DNA of 63,233 nt, counting the filler, from Sphacelaria rigidula (taxonomy: Eukaryota), in the NCBI GenBank assembly GCA_964200075.2. It is 4 parts of 4 records of this genome, joined end to end, with 100 filler letters (N's around TTAATTAATTAA, not from the genome) between each part and the next. Parts side by side here need not be neighbours in the genome. Positions count along the whole stretch, not along the records: positions 47,503 to 63,233 come from CAXNAA020001622.1; 3 more parts are not named here. The stretch is one strand, 5' to 3'. Position 1 is the first letter of the stretch, and every line of letters starts with the position of its first letter. A model generated the notes under the pieces. It saw nothing but the letters and a program-made list of their open reading frames with translations, did no database searches and had not been told where the DNA came from. Below, in pieces: positions 52,081-63,233 of this stretch. A program made the position numbers and the translations under genes.

Positions 52081-52779
52081 ATATACAAGTGCATCTGCCG
52101 CAATTCGAAGCGTACTCTCCCGCTCTCACTGGTTTCAGTATTATTATATACACCAACGGAAGATGGGCTCTACTCGATATTATTGGCTAGTGAAAGACGA
52201 GTATACTTGTTATAATCCAAAAGACGTCCGACCTCGGACGAAACTATGGGCTCGCAAAAAACGTCCGATCGCGGGTCTGAACAGGCGCGCAGAGTGTGAT
52301 TATGGAATTATGTGCGTTCTTCTCGGTGTGTGGTTTTTCCTAGGGCTCCCGAACGAACAACGAAAACCTTAATTCGTCTCATTATCTCGTGTCGCCGTTG
52401 ACTAACAGGGTACAACAACTGTTGTATGCATGTACGCATGCTTGGTAGATCAAGAACACCGAATCAACACGGACGTGGGGTGCGGCATCTCGTCTCGGTG
52501 AACCCACCGTGATTACACATCGGGGCGCGGCATCCGCAAAACATCCCTCCAGGAGAAACACGAAGCAGTTGCAGTGGTATCACGTCTACACGCATCAGAA
52601 TTCACGGGGACGGGGGAAGCCTCCTGAACCACCGCCAAGATTGACCATCCATTTGGCGTGGTTCGCGCTAGTTCTGGTTTAGAAGTGAAGTAGGAATAAA
52701 AGACGGGTAACGACGTCAAGAAAAACAAGCCGCTGAAGCTACGTCGTGGGTTCTTTTGGCAGCCGTCACCGGTGTCAAA

Positions 52780-55700
52780 ATGAACGAGAATCACATGTTA
52801 CCCGCGGGCGACAACGACTACGACAGCGACGTTGATCTGGATATAGACGTCGGCCTGCACGATACTTCCAAGGACAGATGCGCGGCACAAGACACCGCCG
52901 GCCTCAACAGTAACAGTACGATCGACAACTCCGACAACCGATCTGGAGCGCCTGCCTCGATGCCAGAGGGGGCAGACTTCGCCGCGGCCGTAGCTCTGCC
53001 CAGCGAAGAACCTCACGACGGCAACAGTAACAGCACCAGCAACAACAAGAGCGACGACAACAGCGACAACAGCAGTAATACCGTCAGGCAGCTACAAAAT
53101 ACGGGTCCACCGATCTTGCAACCACAACTGACACCAATTAATTCGGAAATGCTGGCAAGCGCAGCCACACCCGCCTCTTCAAGCAACACCATCGTGACTA
53201 CCGCCAGCAACAATATCGCGCGCACCACACTGGGAATCCCGCCGTCGGTATCGCACGATGTAGCATCCATCACCCCCACGGCAGCAACAGCGCACTCTCT
53301 TCTCTTCGCAAGCACCCCCATATCCTACCCCGCAACTTCCACCGTCACCACGACCACCACTGCCATGGCTGGGAAAAAGCGATCCGAGCCCACAGGAGGC
53401 AAGGCACCCATGGGAAGATCCAACGGTGACGGTACCCTACCGATTTCGTCCAGCGTTCCAATAATGGGGTATTCTGACCAGGCAGCAGCAGCAGTAGCCA
53501 CGGCGGCGATGACCATCAACGGGGGAACATTGCTCAGCCCTAGTCCTGCCAACGGTCTTGCCAGCGGCCCTGCGACCAGTAATACCGGTGGCCTTGGATC
53601 CTTCCCTACTCCCGACGGTACGAGAGGGATGATGCCGCCCGGAAGTATGGAACTGCCATTAAACGGAGAGGAGGAGGAAGATATGGCAATAGACGTAGTT
53701 GACAATACCCCGGTTCCGGGAAGCGGTGTCGCCGGCGTCGGGGCTGGCGGCGCAGCCGGTGTTGGGGAACCCACCGAGAGGGTTGGGATTGGGGGGATAA
53801 CAGGCGGGGTTGAGGGCGGGGTTGCGGAGGACCTGGAGACGCTCGATATTGATGTTGGCGGTGCGTTGTCAGGGGAGGAGGGTGGTGGGAGAGGGGCAGC
53901 GGGCGACGAAAGGGTGCCGGTGGCGATGTCGCACAAGACGGCTACGGATGTGGGAGACGACACTCCTATCATGATTGGTGACTTCAATTTCACGCACGAG
54001 GTAATTGGTGTGTGCATGTGCGTGTGTGGCTTCCGGTGGTTTGGCGTTGCGTCGTGGCTTGTGTACGGGGCGTCATGAGGGAGAGCTTGCGTTACGAACG
54101 GAGATGATGAGTGGTTTTTGGCAGTGGCGAATGAGAAGTGACGAAGGAGGACGTTTGTGGCAGTCGAGGATGTTTTCGAAGTTTACAGTTCTAGAGGCTC
54201 GATGTATACGTGAGGGCGAATTTATTATCAAAAGTCGCCGTGAATGGTGGCGTGGCAGGCAGTGTGCAGTTACATCCAGTCCAGTGTTATATCAAAGTCG
54301 CTCGAAATTTGATTTTGAGGCATGGTAAGTTCTTCGTCAATATCTGCACTCAATCCACTGTCGAGATTCTACGGCAGTGTACGTAACACCCGACTGCGCC
54401 CCAGCTGGTGCAGTGCGCTGTGTTTGATGCTTCCTTTGAATTGATACTTTTGACGCCAATGTCGCCAAAATGACCTTCAACTGTTGGGATGGAAGGTTTT
54501 TGCGACTGTGCTCCCATCAACGATTGACGTCGCGCCTTGCCAGACATTGGGGCAAGAACAGTCTTATTTTGACATTGTAAACGCCGACGTACTCGAATTC
54601 GATGGACGTCGAGGTGGGCTGCGAGTGCCCATCCAATGTCCGATGATCAAGTACGAGGAGGATGTATCTTTTGTGGTTGTTCCCTCGACAGTCTGGACTC
54701 GTTCCGAGTTGAGGAGTGTGGTGGTGCGGCATATATGCCTGATTCAATAAAATAATACGTAGACATGCCGCAAGAAAGACGACGCCTGGCTTGTCCAGTA
54801 TTGCAAGCCGCGTTCGGAGTGCAATTGTATACTCGTAGATATGAGCTTCATGTACTTCATCATATCGTTGCACTGAGCCACCGGTTCTCCTAGCCGCTTT
54901 GTGAGCTTCTGGGACATGATTTTGATTGATTGATTGGTTGTCGCACTTTAACTGACCCCCCAGGGATCCAGCCGTGGTCACATGACAGACGTAATGCGGT
55001 GTAGATACGTGTTCTCCAGAGTTTTTTTCCCCCTACGCCAGCTACTACCCATACCTGGGAGCCCGTAATCCGAGGCCGTAATGTTTGTTTCTGGGTGGGT
55101 GAAATACTTTGACCAGTAAGCCGGTCGCCTCGGTGGCTCAGGTGGTAACTTCTAAAACTTTTAACGGTTGGGTCGTGGGTTCGAATCTCGGAGCGATCCA
55201 AGATTTTTTCTCACACAAGGCTCAACAGTGGAGAGCGACTTTGTCGTGGGTACACAAAATTCGACTCATCGGTCGACGAGGAAAAGGGGCTGCTTAACCC
55301 CTTTCGCTAAAGAAAATAAAGGCAAGCACCGCACAAGGAGGGTAGAGAACTAAAAACAAAGAAAAGAAGAACTCCTGTGTTGCCCTTCCTCCCGTGTGAC
55401 CCCGGCTGATGCGCCCACATATACCGAAAGGTGTAGACCGACCTCCAGAATAAATGGGATGACAACACACACAACACAGTTGTGACGTCATGATCCAGGT
55501 ACCACTGTAATTGCGGAGAGCCTTGTGCAGTGGCGACTAATCTCCATTTTTCAGTCACAGCTGTTGATAATGAGGTCCGAATTGCGTGCGTATGTGTGTA
55601 CAGTCCGTCATCTTCCGCTATCCGGGCAGCTCACGCGCTACTGTGCGATGTTGTTGTGGTTGACTACTGCGGGTCGGAGCCATTGAGGTCTATGGGTTGA

Positions 55701-58700
55701 GCGTTTGGAACAGTGTGCGTCACTATAATCTAAAAAAAATAAGAGGAAATCCAGTGAATGCCTGACTCGTTGGTGCAGTATTGCAAGCGGAAACAATTGG
55801 CACAGACAAATGCCCACCAGCCGGTTAGTGTTCAAAATTTTGATTTTATGCGTGCGTCACTGCCCCTACTTGTCTCTCCCCTTGTCCATCTCGTTTCTTT
55901 ATATCAAATTTGTCTCATGTGCGACCATGTTGCAGGAAATTGCTAGAATGGCAAGGAGGTACCCCGCCATGTCCAAGCTCGCGCCGGACTATGCAGTGCC
56001 CCTGCTGGGCTGGCTCACCTTGGAGTTGAATATGAGCCTGAAGGAGATGCGAAATGTGAGTAGTCCTATAGCAGCCTTATCAGATTTGCTTAGAGAACGT
56101 GCGAGTGCTGAGCACGGACACGGTACACCTGCATTGAGTAAGATGCCAGTCTTGTACATGAGGGGTCCGGAAAGTGTAGGGAGTTGTATTTTTTTATCTC
56201 GTGGTGGTTGTGCCCTTTTTTCATCTCGTTTGGTCGTCCGCTGGTCATACTTGCGGTGGCCAATGAAACGAAAATTGCGGCCTCATGAAAGCAAAATGTT
56301 CAAGTTTCATTACTCTCCGGGCCGGGAATAACCCGAGCACTGCTTGACCAGGAGCCTCACACAAACCTAAGACCCATATATGTTGGTGTATATCAGCTGG
56401 TGGCCAACAGGACAACACAGGAAGGCACTCGAGATGTAAATTAACGGCCGATAGAATAATGACGATACACAGAAGTTAAAGTGCGATACTGCACGAGCCA
56501 GGGGGTCACTTTTTGCGCTGTATTGCAGTTATGGTTCAACACATTTTGGTTATGCTCCAAGTTCCTTTCTTCAGCGAGTGTTTCAGTTTTGTTTTTGTTG
56601 GGTACGTCGATCATGAGACCACGGCTGGATCCCTGGTGGCGTCATTAAAGTACGACAATCAATCATCAACAAATCCCCCCGCCCCCCCACCTCCAGCGAA
56701 AGTCTGGCGTGGTCCGTCTTCGCTTTGTCGAGATGCGAGGTCAATGTTCTCATGACTGCTTCAGGCAAGATCATGAGTACACCCCTCCCCCGTTACCCCG
56801 TTCCTCGTGACAACCCCGTAGTCTCCAACGACAAACCCACCTTTTTCCTAGTATGTGCGTTGCCGCCGCCGCGCTCCGGTGGTGTGATGGTCCGACTGTC
56901 GCCATAAGGGTGAAGAGAACTAGGGTTCGATTTCCGATGCGTTGGGTTTTTTCTTCGTAATATTTGACTTCCGCCGTGGAAAGCGTGAGAACGTGAGTAA
57001 ACGAAGTAGTTGACTTGGTTTGTTTGACGTGAGTTGACGCGGGGCGGGAGTGCTGATCCCATCCGCGAGACACAGACCAAAATGCAAGGCGTGTACCGGG
57101 GAGAGATGGGTTGATCCCTTGAGACCACGGACTCGTCCCGAAGAAGGGGAGGGGTTCAAACTGCGACACAAAACGTGCCTGGCATATTTGGTATCGCCGA
57201 GTGGATCATGACCACGCTCGCACGGCGCCGACTTTAACCCTTTTGGAACCCATTGACGATTTTTGCTCTTTTGAATCGGCAGCATTTTCAGTCCATTTCA
57301 AGTCAAAATGATGCTGATTCACAAGAAGAAAAATCGTCACTGGGTTCCCGAAGAGTAAATTGAGTTTTCTCCGATGCTCACGTTCTCACGTTTCTAATGA
57401 AATCGCATATTCCTCGGACAAAGCAACGTACCTACATGGATATGTACCTTCAACTTCGCCCTGACCGGGCCATGTCGCGGACCATACTTACCTACGCGCA
57501 TACATACATTCATGATCGCACCGGATATGCATTGGCCACACTGTACACCCTTAGGCAGTGAGCGTCGCATCGGAACAATTTCACAGTCTGACAGTACGCA
57601 GACATGCGGGGGTTACCAGGGGGCGGGGGGGCAGCCTGTCCGCGGAGCAGCCGGAACGCTCACGAAGTCAACCATGTCTGTGTCTGTTTGGAAGTTCCCC
57701 GCCGAAGATTCGAAGCCAGGAACGAGGCCGGAGAGGCGCGGAATGACCATTCCATTCTGACCAATCATGGCTGTCAAAATGGTCACTTCGTTCCCCTACA
57801 GGTGGACTACTTCGCTGTCTAGTCGTGTTTCTCATTCGGTGATGGCAATTCAAGAATAGATTGCATGCACAAATGGCGTGCTTTTTACTCCGCTCGTGGT
57901 CCATGCCGCCTGCCTGACCGCGCACGTCTTGCCAGCATAGCTTCACACTGTCTGTAGTGTTGTTGTGGAACACTAAGCAAAGGCATCCACATCATGCACT
58001 AGACTGTGTTCAGTGGAGAGCGATTGCACGCTGACTGTTTCTTGCCGTTGTATCGAGTGAAGGCATACCGTACATACGCTGACTCTGCATGCAATAGGCT
58101 GCAGGGAGGTCAGAAATGGTCAGCGGTTCTCCCGGACTTTTCTCTGTAAAGATGTCAAACATCCACACGATCACGACAGAGGCGTTTTGTGTAGCGAGAA
58201 AATAGTTATCCTAAACCCCAAATGTGGCATAGTCCACCTGCGAGGGGTTCGCTGTCTAATGGTGACGGCAATTTCTAGATTCATACAAAATGGTTGTATT
58301 GATGTGAAATCTACCCCGCACAAATCTCCCCCACCACAACCGTTTTGGCAGCGAAGACACTCGGCGTGAAAATTCAAATCTCGTAAGTTGAGAGGCGATT
58401 TTGCACAAGCCGGGCATTAGTTGGCGTTTCACGGCATGATTTTTTCTTGATTTGGTTCTTTCTCTTTCCCATAAGTAAAGGTACCCAAATTTTACGGGCC
58501 CTTCACGATGTCCGATTGTTTTTTTTAATGAACTCTACGGTGTTTTTTGGGTCAAAAAAATGTGTCTGAAATTTGCAGCTCGTGCTTGAACCATGCCGCC
58601 GAACGGCTGCAAAAAAAGTAGTCGGCCCAAAAATGGCCGTTTCTTGCCCCTTTCCGAGGGGAAAAAATGTGTCGATTTTTTTTTTGCAATCGCGTGGGAC

Positions 58701-61700
58701 TTCCTGGAAGCAAGCCCCAGTAAAGACGGGGTCGATTAAAAAAAGAATCGACACATATTTCCCCCTCGGAAAGGGGCAAAAAACGACTATTTTTGGGCCG
58801 ACTACTTTTTTTGTAGCCGTTCGGCGGCATGGTTCAAGCACGAGCTGCAAATTTGAAACACTTTTTTTCAACCCAAAAAACACCATACGTATTGAGAAGA
58901 GAAAACACGACCGGACATCGTTGAGGGCCCGTACTAATCTAGGTACCTTTACTTATAGGACAGAGGAAGTATATATAGCTTATGAAAAAATGAAAGGGAA
59001 GGGCCACGTGAAATATATAAGGTGTGGCTACCAAAACCTTCCAGTTTTGATGCCGAATGAGATGGAGTTGATGGCTGATCAACGTATAGTTTGTCTGCCC
59101 TGCTTAGCATGACTTCAACGATGCCAAATCCGCCGTGCCGTATTTGTCGCGACAGGGTATGAGAACATGTCACAGTTGTGCTCGCAAACTTCGGTTCCTA
59201 CATGAGTGGCGTCTCGTTTTCTTCACTGTCTCAACGTAGCTGAAACTCAGTTTGGTCATTCTCTATCCACGAAAAGATCAGTTGGTACACAACAGGGCTG
59301 AAAATAAATAGGTGTGGCGCTGGGGCGGTCCGCTGAATTTGGGTAATTTTCGGCGTGCGCCGGGGAAAAATATTCTGGTGGATGACGACTGGTTGCCATA
59401 CTCCTTTCCGCGAACCGTCAAATGTTTCGAGAATGTTACTGTTGATTCGATGCAAATGCAGGGGCCACGCGCCGATTTTGCCGACCAAAAACTTATTCTC
59501 AGGCCTGGTAGACGGCTAGGGGCAGACGTATTTATCTATTATTTTGATCTCGGGTCGAAACACATGTTGGGTAATGGTGTCATGACGAGAGTGGTGTTGC
59601 AAATGCGTTGGCTGTTGAAGCGCACCCTTCAAAAGGGCATGCGGACATTTCACGTGCTTTGAGCGTTGATAGACCTTCCCGCCCCAGTCCCTGCCATCTA
59701 ATGCTCCTAAAATCCAAGAACATGCGCGTCGTGCTCATGTGGAGATTTCCGCGTATGAGACTCAAACGAGCATCTACAAACGCACAGGGGTGACGGGCCT
59801 CAAGTGCGGGGCTCTCTTTGATGGTGAAGTGCTCCGCGAAAGAAACAAATGAATCTGCTCGCCCATCCTAAATTGCTCTTGATTCTTGCAGCATCCCCGA
59901 GGTCAAACAGTTCGTGGGGACAGCCAAAGCCGCTTCCCCCTCTATGGAGGAATAAGCAATCACCGCAAGCAGTAGTGCCGTATTCCCCGAACGCAAGCAA
60001 GCCACACCCTTGTTGGGTGTAGACTGGCGGTCCTGTTTCCAACTCGCTAGTCTCAAACTATATGTTTTTCTCACACAAAGGCGGTCGTCAGCAGTAGACA
60101 GCTGTAGTTGAAAGTAAGCACTGAGCTCTTTCTTAAAAGGAAACACCACTGTGATATCAAGGGATAATGTTACTTGTGACTTAGTCGTCACAGCTTGTCG
60201 GCAGAAGGGGAGACGTCGCGCACAGATGAAAGGCTGATGGTCCTTCTTGTGATTTGTCTACGGTAGATATTTCTCTGGCAGGTGTATCGCAAGTGCCTGC
60301 GTAGGCGATGCGGCACACGATTACCCTCAAAAACTCCTCGCTACGCATACAATCTTGTCATATAAATACCACTTCACGTGGCGCACTGTACCCCAAGCCC
60401 ATCAAAAGCTGTAGTAGCAGCAGGTATACGCGGCTAATCGGGTACAATCCTTTCACCTTCAACCCGCTGCGCAACAATACAAACACACATTCGACTAAAA
60501 ATCCTTCCATACCCGCTGGTCGTTTCTGGGGACCATCTGCATATCCACAATGAAACTAGTTTTAATTCAGGCCCTCAGTCATTTACCATCACACCTCAAC
60601 CGATTTTTTGGTCCTTCTGAACTCTCGTAGCTTGGCAGTTTTTAGGGGGTACGGCCTGCATTCATGCGGTTTGAGAGGTGATCTCTCCGGCGTTTTGGTG
60701 GTGCGGTTGGCCAATCATCCTCCCAAGATCTAGATTCTGTCTAGAGTCATATGAATGTGTTGCCATCCCATCTATTCTGGACGCCAGGCTACACCATTCA
60801 GTATATGTGGGCGCATCAGCCGGGATTACCCAGGAGGAAGGCCAACTCAGGAGTTTTTTCCCTGTTTCTTTTGTTGAAGCTCTTCACCTTGATTCTGAAG
60901 TGCTTGCCTTACTTCTAATCGCAAGAAGGGTTCGGCGGTCACTTTCCCTCGTTGACCGTGGAGTTGAAATTCGTGTACGCACGCCACTATCGCTCTCGAG
61001 TTCTAGGCAGGATGTGATTTTTTTTTCCCAGATCGTGTGACTTCACCGAGGTTCGAACCCCCGTCCCAACCGTCGGTAGCTCTCGTGGTTACCAACTGAG
61101 CCACCGGGGCGACCGGCAGTCATGAATCTGCAATTTAGCGGCACTTGGTGGTGCAAAGCGAGACTGCGGAAGGATAAGGTGCTTTGTTACAACTTTCTAA
61201 CTGATGAGGTTGTACCTTCTATTGGCGACGGCTTGTGCGACAAGGCAAGTTAAGCTGTAAGGCGGATGGCATTGGCTCGTCACCACGGACTGTACCGCGC
61301 CTTGTCGAGAATCACTTCCACTGCTGCACCGATGAAGGGTCACTTCGTACACGGTGACTGAACAGGCCACGCAGGTACTTCCTTGCGGGGTAATCTGTAT
61401 TTTGTATTCTTCTTTCCGTGGTCTTCACCCTTTTTACCGATCCTTCGCCTGTCGTTCTTACCGTTACTGCCCCCTCCCATCCATCGCTTCCCCAGCTCGT
61501 AATGCGGCATCCTCGCCTTCTAGCTTATCGCGTCAAATCTCTGGTGGAGCCCAAGACGAGGTGGCTCGCCGAGAGACTGGGGCTGGGTCAAGCGCAGTTG
61601 AAAAAGGTGTGCGACTGATGAAAATACTCATGCATTTGTGTGTACATGTATGTCTTGGCTTTCGACGTTCACGGTATTAATGTATGCATATCAAACGAAA

Positions 61701-62035
61701 AGGTTCTCACATAGTGAGGCGAATAAAAGACGAGGATAATTAGAAATGTGACCCGTAATCCTGGTCCACCATTTCTATTCCCTTGACGTTTTTTCATCGA
61801 TTTTCACGGTGAATTCGTGTGGTTTGCCACTCCCGTTTCCTCGTCGACCTCACTGTTTGGCTCTCTTGTCTGTCCCCCCGTCTATTTTGCTGGTCTGCTT
61901 GTCTGTCTGTTCGCCCGTAATCCCCCTGTTTTCTCCTGTTGCGGCGCGTATCACGCACAGCTTGTGCTTACCTACCCAGCAGTTCTGACGAGGAGCGTGG
62001 AGTCGAACCTAGAGCCGAAAGTCAAATGGCTCGAG
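52780..62035 (+). CDS. mTERF-repeat protein with a long low-complexity N-terminal region; 3' end not identified
   Basis: Phase-0 exons 52780-54000 (407 aa), 55936-56055 (EIARMARRYPAMSKL..LLGWLTLELNMS), 61496-61606 (LVMRHPRLLAYRVKSLVEPKTRWLAERLGL) and 61961-62035 (LVLTYPAVLTRSVESNLEPKVKWLE). The last two are textbook mTERF repeats. Joining exon 1 to the repeats is inferred. Confidence 0.8.
54922..54992 (-). mobile_element. (CAAT)n-tailed retroposon fragment
   Basis: ttgattgattgattgg..gtcgcactttaactgaccccccagggatccagccgtgg. Confidence 0.65.
55121..55478 (+). mobile_element. tRNA-derived SINE, family 1, copy 3
   Basis: ccggtcgcctcgg, then TGGCTCAGGTGG and GGTTCGAATC; acacacacaacaca tail. Confidence 0.85.
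56565..56670 (+). mobile_element. (CAAT)n-tailed retroposon fragment
   Basis: Matches 9000-9090. Confidence 0.65.
56880..57170 (+). mobile_element. Interspersed repeat family 2 (SINE-like)
   Basis: Collinear with 26400-26690; B-box-like gggttcgatttcc. Confidence 0.65.
57234..57359. mobile_element. piggyBac-type MITE, copy 2
   Basis: TTAA|cccttttggaacccattgacg...; collinear with 36917-37042, with a mutated right end. Confidence 0.8.
58493..58933. mobile_element. Foldback MITE with ~200-bp inverted arms and TA flanks (Tc1/mariner-type)
   Basis: TA|cgggccctt...agggcccg|TA; 58570-58690 and 58732-58855 are near-perfect reverse complements. Confidence 0.85.
60755..61115 (-). mobile_element. tRNA-derived SINE, family 1, copy 4 (more diverged)
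   Basis: A and B boxes retained (GGTTCGAACC); flanks agtcatatgaat / agtcatgaat resemble a TSD. Confidence 0.8.
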
Positions 62036-63147
62036 GTGAGGACATGTTATCAACCTCTGTTTTGTTCTACAACCGCTGATGGCTCTTGTCCATCGCTACA
62101 CCGTTTCACTACAGTGTGTGCCGTCTGGAGCTCTCATTCTCGGGTTGGATGGTCCATATATATTTTCTCGTGAATACCCACACGTGGACATGTGCATCCG
62201 ATGCCACCTGTGAAGCATTGTGCACCAAATATACTGCTTTGCTTTTTTGAACTCCCGCGACTGGAGGTCAGTCATAGCCAGCCGTAGCGTGCCTCCCACC
62301 CAACGAAGTACTTGAGATGAGATGGTTAGCTCCGGTGATCAACCCCCGTTGACTCAGAATTGTTTCGGAATCCCTCCTGCACAGGGAATATCGCGGCGTA
62401 AAGGTTGGCAGTGTCCTGCTTGGACACAAACGGACACCTGGCGGTTGAACCTACGAGTAGTCGATCCAACATCCGTGTTCATGGAAGATAAGGAACCAGC
62501 CTGACGTCCACCAATGAGATACGGCGCGTCCATATCTAGTGTACTCGATACCGTCCAAGAGTCGGACAAACGAGTGATTCGTCTGGAAATTACTTGATTT
62601 TTGCATGATTGATTCGTACCGTACGAATCAATCCTTGAACTTTGTTTTCAGCGTTGCGACCCAGGTACGCGCAGCCCGGGCACGCACGCGGAATGGCGCA
62701 AAAGTTGCGTGGGAACCTGTTTTCACCATCGGTCGACTTTTCCCCTTGTTTCAGCAATCAAGCCTGAAAAGTCGTGGATTTGGTGATTCGAACCGGCGAA
62801 GATTCGTCCCAACCGTGATACCTTCTAGCTCATGTATTGAATCTGCTGACGCGCGTGGCAGCAGTGCCCAACGTATCAGCGCCACGGGTCTTGCACGGGT
62901 GGAGGTTTGAACAAAATTCCGAAAAGTGAAAACGACGTAAACCGTAACTAATCGGTACAGTACAAAGTATAACTGAATAAGGACTTCCAGCCCCACGACT
63001 AACATGATGAGCGTTACACACGCGGCCTATTGGCTACCCCCAAATTTCCTCCACGGCGGTCAACTTTTCGTCTCAGGAGGGCTTGTTTCGTCTCAGGGCC
63101 GCGCATCCCTCCGGAGGTACTTTGAGGGATAGCCAAATGGCCGCGTG

Positions 63148-63233
63148 TGGGGGGGGGAGGGGTGGCGTACTCATTTGTTGCTTGCCTTGGTCGTTTGACC
63201 ATTGAATACGCATCCCTTTCGAGACGGAGCACC
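63148..63233 (+). repeat. G-run-headed repeat copy, runs off the window end
   Basis: gtactcat..tgaccattga..cgcatccct..gacggagcac, as at 10070-10140. Confidence 0.55.

Noticed and set aside
55121-55200. tRNA gene
   Set aside because: A and B boxes are present, but there is no convincing cloverleaf, and the sequence is attached to a conserved SINE body in four copies.
58503-59112. Mirror-image ORFs on both strands
   Set aside because: Caused by the foldback MITE.

Overview
Eukaryotic, intron-rich, repeat-rich DNA, most likely from a brown alga (Phaeophyceae); this is inferred from gene architecture and mTERF repeat style, not proven. The window is not one natural contig. Three identical 100-nt linkers (44 N + TTAATTAATTAA + 44 N) occur exactly every 15,834 nt, dividing it into blocks of 15,734, 15,734, 15,734 and 15,731 nt, so adjacency across linkers is not trustworthy. 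Each block carries one incomplete spliced gene, reconstructed by hand from splice sites and intron phases. Block 1: a minus-strand DHA1/TetA/HIAT1(MFSD14)-like MFS transporter. Block 2: a minus-strand giant (>2,400 aa, 3'-truncated) acidic Ala/Glu/Val-rich protein with a 233-aa tandem repeat and a probable MGKKNKCKK start. Block 3: a plus-strand Trm3/TARBP1-like tRNA Gm18 methyltransferase, recognisable up to the start of its SpoU domain. Block 4: a plus-strand mTERF-repeat protein with a 407-aa disordered N-terminal exon. Introns and intergenic DNA hold tRNA-derived SINEs, hAT derivatives (one with a transposase relic), piggyBac- and TA-type MITEs, a telomere-repeat-tipped inverted-repeat element, minisatellites and microsatellites. 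I found no CRISPR, rRNA or true tRNA. I found no demonstrable new multi-gene system. The best novelty candidates are the giant acidic repeat protein, the atypical mTERF and the telomere-tipped element.
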